Source of the DNA: a virus
UHGV virus genome: UHGV-1455077
DNA length: 64,000 nucleotides
Reading direction: 5' to 3' (one strand)
Part shown: positions 58,010 through 64,000 of the stretch, piece after piece
Layout: every line of letters starts with the position of its first letter
Numbering within the stretch: the stretch's first letter is position 1
Translations under genes and position numbers: made by a program
Notes under the pieces: generated by a model
Database searches by the model: none
What the model was told of the DNA's origin: nothing
What the model saw: only the letters and a program-made list of their open reading frames with translations

Positions 58010-60270
58010 ATGAACAAAGTATGTTAACTGAAATAGGGTTACAAGCTACCGAATTTCTTAAAAAATCTAAGGCTAAAACATTATTACCTGTGCATTTTTT
58101 AGCGGCTTTGTTACAATTTGATTATATTAAAAATCTTCTAAATAATAAAAAACCAGAAGAATATAAAAAATTGGTTGAAGAAGTTAATGATTTCATTTTT
58201 AATTCAGATAAAATTGAAAAGTTAACTGATGAAGATGACCCAAATGAAATGGAAATTAGTCCTTTAATAAGTGCTTACATTTCATATGTGAGTGTATGCA
58301 GTAAAGGAAGTGCTGATATTATAAAAGTTATTCCTGAACTACATTGGATTGATTTATTAGGAGCATTTTTATTTTTAAAGACTGATATTTCAACAATTAT
58401 TTTAACAAAATATGGAATTAATTTAGAGTTTATTGATGAAGTTTTTGAAGAACTGACCGCTGATATTATTATTGAAGAAAGAATCAAACCAATTATCAAT
58501 AATCAAACCAATGAAAATAATGCGGAAGAAGAATATTTGAAATCTTTTACAATAAATTTAACTGAAAAAGTTAAATCTACTGATTGGATTCCTATTGTTG
58601 GAAGAACAGACGATTTAGATTTAATAAAACAAATTTTATTAAGAAAAGACAAACCTAATGTTTTATTGGTTGGATATTCAGGTGTAGGTAAAACAAAATT
58701 AGTTGAAGGTTTGGCTTATGATTATTTAACATATGATAAGAATACAACATTTTTACAATTAGATACATTATCTTTAATGTCAAATATTGGTATTAAAGGT
58801 GAGTTAGAAAATCGTATTAAAAATTTGTATAGAATTATGATGAAAAAAGAAAATATTATATTATTCATTGATGAAATTCATACAGTATGTAATTCATCTC
58901 CTAATTCTGGGCAAATTGATATATCTAATTTATTAAAACCATTACTAACTGATGGAAAATTAAAACTTATAGGGGCAACAACATTTGAAGAATATAGAAA
59001 ATATATGGAAGATGATGAAGCTTTTACCAGAAGATTTTATAAATTAGTTATTAATGAGCCAACATTTGAAGAAACACAAAAAATTCTTGCTCAAATTTCA
59101 TCAAAATATGAATATTTTTATAAAATAAAATATTTAAAAAGAGCAAGAGATTCAATTTTGGATTTAACAAAAAAATATATGTTTGAAAAACATTTTCCTG
59201 AAAAAGCTATTGATGTACTGGATATGGCAGGAGCATATTGTAAGCATATTAATGAATGTGTATGTGATGTTCCACAAATTCAACAAACAATTGCTAGAAT
59301 GTTAAATCTTCCATTATCAACTGTTTCCCAGACTGAAGAAAATATGTATCAGCATATTGAAGAAAACCTTAAAAAAGAAATCATTGGTCAAGATGAAGCT
59401 GTTAAACAAGTAAGTGATGCTGTAATCATTTCTCGGTCTGGCTTACGAGAATCAAATAAAACAGCATCTTCGCTGATGTTTAAGGGTTCTTCTGGTGTGG
59501 GTAAAACAGAATTATGTAAAGTATTAGCTAAATCAATGAATATACCATTGATACGTTTTGATATGTCAGAATATATGGAAGAACATTCTGTACCAAAATT
59601 AATTGGTGCCCCTCCAGGATATAAAGATGCAGGCAATGGTAAAGCAGGAAATGGATTATTAATTAATGCAATTGATGAAAATCCATATTGCATATTATTA
59701 CTTGATGAGATAGAAAAAGCTCATCCGAAAATTCATAATTTACTTTTACAAGTAATGGATAATGGTAAATTAACATCGTCAATGGGTAAAAGTGTATCTT
59801 TTGAAAATGTATTTTTAATTATGACTTCAAATGTTGGGTCATATAATAGTCATAAAATTCGTATTGGATTTGGTAATACTGATGAAAGTCCATCTGATAA
59901 GGATTTTGAAGATAGCTTTTTGCCTGAATTTAGAAATCGTATTGATTCAGTAATTACATTTAATGATTTACCATTAAATGTGTTAAAAGAAATTTGTAAA
60001 AAATTTCTTAATGAATTAAAAGAAATGTTAAAGCAAAAAAAGATTGATTTTGTTTTTAATGATGATATTATAGAGTATATCATTTCAAAGGTTAAATCAT
60101 CTAAAGATGGTGCAAGACCGATGAAGCACGTTATTACTAATGAAATCAAAAATGAAATAGCAAAAAATATTGTATTTGGAAAATACAATAAAAATGATAA
60201 AATAAAATTATCAATTAAAAACAATATTATTAATTTTGAGGTTGTGAAAAAATGTTTGAAAGAAGATTAA
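57994..60270 (+). CDS. clpA: ClpA-like AAA+ unfoldase (two ATPase domains)
   Basis: 758 aa; Clp-N-like N-terminus; Walker A GYSGVGKT (D1) and GSSGVGKT (D2); LLLDEIEKAH Walker B; no ClpB middle domain. Confidence 0.75.
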   Translation: MSIELNEQSMLTEIGLQATEFLKKSKAKTLLPVHFLAALLQFDYIKNLLNNKKPEEYKKLVEEVNDFIFNSDKIEKLTDEDDPNEMEISPLISAYISYVSVCSKGSADIIKVIPELHWIDLLGAFLFLKTDISTIILTKYGINLEFIDEVFEELTADIIIEERIKPIINNQTNENNAEEEYLKSFTINLTEKVKSTDWIPIVGRTDDLDLIKQILLRKDKPNVLLVGYSGVGKTKLVEGLAYDYLTYDKNTTFLQLDTLSLMSNIGIKGELENRIKNLYRIMMKKENIILFIDEIHTVCNSSPNSGQIDISNLLKPLLTDGKLKLIGATTFEEYRKYMEDDEAFTRRFYKLVINEPTFEETQKILAQISSKYEYFYKIKYLKRARDSILDLTKKYMFEKHFPEKAIDVLDMAGAYCKHINECVCDVPQIQQTIARMLNLPLSTVSQTEENMYQHIEENLKKEIIGQDEAVKQVSDAVIISRSGLRESNKTASSLMFKGSSGVGKTELCKVLAKSMNIPLIRFDMSEYMEEHSVPKLIGAPPGYKDAGNGKAGNGLLINAIDENPYCILLLDEIEKAHPKIHNLLLQVMDNGKLTSSMGKSVSFENVFLIMTSNVGSYNSHKIRIGFGNTDESPSDKDFEDSFLPEFRNRIDSVITFNDLPLNVLKEICKKFLNELKEMLKQKKIDFVFNDDIIEYIISKVKSSKDGARPMKHVITNEIKNEIAKNIVFGKYNKNDKIKLSIKNNIINFEVVKKCLKED

Positions 60271-60770
60271 GTTATGAGGAAACTTTAAAACTCATTGAAA
60301 GGGGTATTTTACAAGTAAATAATGTTCATATTTGTTTAGATAATTTATCTAAACATTCAACAGATGAATGGATAATTGAATCCATTAACATTGATAAAGA
60401 TAAACAAGAGATTATATTTGGTGTTCAGCCGTTGTTCTTTCCAATTACCAGTAGTCAAGAACCAATTCCAGTTCCATATAAAATGATTAAAGAAGTTAGC
60501 AATATGCCTATTGAATGCCTGTTAGAAGCATATGATATGGCAGAAGCAAAAAGAGTTATTGAAGTTTATTTAGAAACTGATATTGAAACTGATGTTATTG
60601 GAAAAGAAGATGTTGAATTCGAAGGATATGAGTTGTATGATGGATTACAATTTATATTACATAATGATAAAACTGCCAAATATAATGATAAGATATTAAC
60701 TGTTAAAGGGGTTGGAGAAGCAATAAGATTTGTTGCAAATAGAGGACGACCTCGTAAAAAAAGAAATTAA
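60252..60770 (+). CDS. Hypothetical protein with a C-terminal AT-hook
   Basis: Ends with ANRGRPRKKRN (RGRP core). Confidence 0.45.
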   Translation: MFERRLSYEETLKLIERGILQVNNVHICLDNLSKHSTDEWIIESINIDKDKQEIIFGVQPLFFPITSSQEPIPVPYKMIKEVSNMPIECLLEAYDMAEAKRVIEVYLETDIETDVIGKEDVEFEGYELYDGLQFILHNDKTAKYNDKILTVKGVGEAIRFVANRGRPRKKRN

Positions 60771-60791
60771 ACGAATAAAATGGTTAAAGAA

Positions 60792-60828
60792 AATCCTTAT
60801 AAATATAATTATAGTTATAAGGATTTTT
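60792..60828 (+). terminator. Terminator hairpin containing an exact T4-late TATAAATA box (60798-60805) and the SD of the next gene in its 3' arm
   Basis: 11-bp stem AATCCTTATAA/TTATAAGGATT, 12-nt loop, then TTT; ATG 60830. Confidence 0.6.
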
Positions 60829-60829
60829 A

Positions 60830-62143
60830 ATGGTTTATTATAGATATGAAAATATTGGATATTGTCAAATAGATAAAAATGTCAGTTGTGACCAAATAGC
60901 TTCAACTAAAAAGCAAGCTATTAACTCAACTCGTAAAAAACCGAGTACCAAAACAACACCAACTCCATTAATACCAGTACAGCCAACAAAACCTCGTTAT
61001 ACTGGAGCAAATCATAGTCATTATGAAAGTTCAGTTACAGATAAACGAGTATATTTAAATGTATCTCCATTAGCAAAAAATAATGAAGAATATATTGATA
61101 GAATTAGATATGTTTTAGGAAGTGAAACTAGAACTTATAATGGTTCAAATATTTATGGCTTTTTATATAAATGTCTAAAGCCAACTGTTGGTATTGTATT
61201 TCCATATACGCCAAGAATATCAATTAATCACCAAGTTAATTATGAACGAACAGAAATTATTCATTCAAATTTAGCGGTGAGCCATTATAAAAATACTCCA
61301 CCACCAACTTATAGCATTGATGCTGTTTTTACTGCTGATTCAAAAGAAATGGCAAGACATATGTTATCTGCTATTTGGTTTCTTCGTGCAGTAACAAAAT
61401 GTGATTTTGGCGAAACAGCAAATAATCGTGGAGATAATAGTGTTGCTGGTATGCCACCACCAATTTTATATTTAAACGGTTGGAATAATTTATTAGATAA
61501 TATACCAGTTGTTGTTAAATCTTTTAGTTATACATTACCTGATGACCAAGATTATGTTGGATTAGGATTAAATTTAAATTTATCAACATTTGAGAGTATT
61601 AATCAATTATATACTGATTCAGTAACGGGAGAATTTTATGATACTGGATATGGTGATAAAATTAATATGAATAATACATCTGAAACAAGATATATTAATG
61701 GTATTCCTGTTAATACTTCAAAAATTATAACTCAACCAACCGCAACAGGTGTTAATAAAAATGATAGATTCTATTTAAAGAATTGGTTACCAGTTGAATT
61801 ACAAATGCATATTGAATTAGAAGTTCAACCAAATTTACAAAAATACAAAAAACGTTTTGATTTAGATTATTATAAAATGGGCGTTATGTATTTAGATAAT
61901 TATAAAGGCGGAACAACTATTTTAGTTCCCGATTCTGTTTTAAATTGTGTACAAAAAGTTGCATATAATGATGATGGAACAAGAAATGATGAATTAACAC
62001 AGAATTTAAAAAATATGTCAGTAAGTTCAATTCAAAAAGACGTTGAAAGTAATTCAAATGTATATGCAGATGATTCCGTTTCAGCAGGATTTGCAATGAC
62101 ACCCCGAAAATATAGTTTTGATAGAGCTGGTTGGACTTGGTAA
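60830..62143 (+). CDS. Putative late/structural protein (unknown function)
   Basis: 437 aa; late-type promoter; followed by tightly packed ORFs. Confidence 0.45.
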   Translation: MVYYRYENIGYCQIDKNVSCDQIASTKKQAINSTRKKPSTKTTPTPLIPVQPTKPRYTGANHSHYESSVTDKRVYLNVSPLAKNNEEYIDRIRYVLGSETRTYNGSNIYGFLYKCLKPTVGIVFPYTPRISINHQVNYERTEIIHSNLAVSHYKNTPPPTYSIDAVFTADSKEMARHMLSAIWFLRAVTKCDFGETANNRGDNSVAGMPPPILYLNGWNNLLDNIPVVVKSFSYTLPDDQDYVGLGLNLNLSTFESINQLYTDSVTGEFYDTGYGDKINMNNTSETRYINGIPVNTSKIITQPTATGVNKNDRFYLKNWLPVELQMHIELEVQPNLQKYKKRFDLDYYKMGVMYLDNYKGGTTILVPDSVLNCVQKVAYNDDGTRNDELTQNLKNMSVSSIQKDVESNSNVYADDSVSAGFAMTPRKYSFDRAGWTW

Positions 62144-62152
62144 GGATAAAAA

Positions 62153-62446
62153 ATGGTAGAATTTAGTGATTATAGTTTATATACAAATACACCTGTTAAT
62201 CAATTTTATCGTGGTTATTATCAACCTATTGATATTCCACAAGATTCAAGTGATATGTTTATGTTAATTCCAAGTGATTATCAATATAAACCAGGTGGTT
62301 TAGCATATTTATTATATGGTTCAGCCAGATTAAGTTGGATATTCTCATATTTTAATAGAGAAAAGATTTCAGACCCAATATTTGATTTTAAAGAAGGTTT
62401 AATTATTCGTTGTCCAACAAAAGAAAGATTAATGACCTATTTTTAA
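62153..62446 (+). CDS. Hypothetical protein
   Basis: 97 aa; AAGGA RBS. Confidence 0.4.
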   Translation: MVEFSDYSLYTNTPVNQFYRGYYQPIDIPQDSSDMFMLIPSDYQYKPGGLAYLLYGSARLSWIFSYFNREKISDPIFDFKEGLIIRCPTKERLMTYF

Positions 62447-62460
62447 AGGATAAAAATTTA

Positions 62461-64000
62461 TGGCTTTTTATGATGAGCAAGTTGATAAAGAATTAAAAAA
62501 ATGGAATTACCAACCTAATTTGTTACAATTTTATGATAATGTAACTTATAATATTCGTTGGTATATGGTACCTCACGATATTCAAGATTATATTATTGAA
62601 CAAAATAAAACAGGTTCTAATTCGGTTTATGTTCCTGATAGCTCTAAAATTATTATAATGGAAACAGGAGTAAGTTCAAACTATTCTTTAGATAGTTTTA
62701 CAATGAAAAATGCATTTGGTGTTGTTGGCTCTGATAATTCAATTAATATTAATATGAATATGACAGTTAAAGAAATTAACGGTTGTTCATTATTTAATAA
62801 AATTACAGCAATTTCTAAATTATTAGGATATGAAAATCCTATGCAAATTCCATTTTTTATTGATATTTGGTTTACTGGTTATGAACCACCAAAAAATAAT
62901 CCTATTAATCCTATTGGTGGATTAATTACTTATAGTACAATTGTAACAAGTTGTGAATCAGATGTCGTGGATTCAGGAACAACTTGGCAAATAAAAATGG
63001 TTGGAACATCAATGGGTATTGTTTCAAAAGATATAAGTTTGTTAAATAATATTGCACCAATAAAAGCAGTAACTGTTGAAGATTTTAAAAAGAATTTAGA
63101 AGAACAAATTAATTTACAATATTTTAATTTACATCCAGAATTAAAAAAATTTTTTCCTTCTGGCGATTTTGTAACTATTAATTTATATTCATCAGAAGAA
63201 TTTTTAGAAGATACTACTCAATATCAAGATAATCAATCAACAATTAATAATGAAAAGGATTTAACTTCAACATACGGATATGAGTGGACATATAAAAATA
63301 CAAAAAATGGGCAGTTATCAAATAATGGAACTTTATATTCAATGACTGAAAATGGAAAATATATTCCTATTGGTTCAGCATTACCAAAATCTACATCTCA
63401 AAAAAGTAAACAATATACTCCTTTTAATAATTTTAAAGATTGTATTTTTGATAAAGTTGGAGAAAATATTGATACTGCGAATAAAGGACAAATAGTTTAT
63501 AAAGTTAATAATAATGATTTATTAGAAAATGTTTTTCAAGAAGTATGTCATCTTTCACCGCAATTAAGAGATAGAATTGCAAAAGTTATTTTTAATGCAA
63601 CACCATTAATTAATCGTGAAGGTCGTGAAGTTTATAAATTAACGATGAATGTATTTTTTAAAAAAAATTATTTTTTAAAATGGTTTATTGAAACAAGTAA
63701 GCAATTTGCATATGAAAATAATCCAAATGATACATCATCTATGGCAATTGATGCATATAATAAAACAATTCAACAAATGCAACTTGATTCATTAAATGAT
63801 ATGAAAATAACTAATGGATTAAAAAAGAGATATAAGTATTTGTTTAATGGAGAAGATACAAGTGTATTAGAATTAAATACAAAAATTGATAAATTATGGT
63901 ATTTAAATTCATCACAAAATTATTTAGCTGATACTGTTGCTAATACACCAAACATAACTACTTCTCTTGAAAATGCCAAACGAGTTCAAGATTTAATTGA
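62461..64000 (+). CDS. Hypothetical protein (partial, runs off the window end)
   Basis: Open frame from ATG 62461 with AAAGGA RBS to the window end. Confidence 0.45.

Noticed and set aside
1-64000. tRNA genes
   Set aside because: I read all intergenic gaps of at least 60 nt (for example 19037-19164, 38886-39042, 49729-49855, 25361-25459). None contains a GC-rich cloverleaf-capable 70-90 nt segment; they are promoter or terminator A/T sequence.

Overview
This 64 kb window is AT-rich (roughly 28% GC), densely coding, and looks like part of a large T4-like myovirus genome; several features would fit a low-GC, anaerobic or microaerophilic host. Most genes are on the + strand, with a few convergent or divergent minus-strand blocks. 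I see no tRNA genes, rRNA genes or CRISPR arrays.

Recognisable functions:
- Nucleotide metabolism: anaerobic ribonucleotide reductase NrdD/NrdG, a NUDIX hydrolase, flavin-dependent thymidylate synthase ThyX, a GMP-reductase (GuaC) homologue and a HAD-type phosphatase.
- DNA transactions: NAD-dependent DNA ligase, UvsW-like helicase, gp47/gp46 (Mre11/Rad50-like) recombination nuclease, a Dam methylase plus a second beta-class DNA methyltransferase, GIY-YIG and HNH homing endonucleases, and PD-(D/E)xK nucleases.
- RNA repair: a tRNA-binding-domain::Rnl2-type RNA ligase fusion.
- Virion proteins: a gp13-like neck protein and a gp25-like baseplate wedge protein.
- Protein quality control: a ClpA-like two-AAA+ ATPase, a J-domain protein and an HslV-like Ntn peptidase.

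The stretches I would look at first:
1. A translationally coupled operon of three radical-SAM/SPASM enzymes. Between the first and second enzyme sits a 272-aa protein whose C-terminus is a CxxxC-periodic cysteine tail, like a sactipeptide or ranthipeptide core.
2. A paralogous family of large proteins with PARP-like (H-Y-E) ADP-ribosyltransferase domains. They share a short linker motif, conserved at the DNA level, flanked by [IL]-x-E sites of the kind cut by T4 prohead protease. This suggests capsid-packaged, injected effectors that shuffle modules.
3. The GuaC homologue together with the NUDIX enzyme, which may feed dIMP into DNA synthesis if this is a Firehammervirus-like Campylobacter phage.

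Regulatory layout is partly readable. TTGACA-N16-18-TATAAT-like early promoters sit in intergenic regions, sometimes inside terminator hairpins. A recurring (T/A)ATAAATA box lies about 20-40 nt upstream of several start codons, which resembles the T4 late-promoter consensus.
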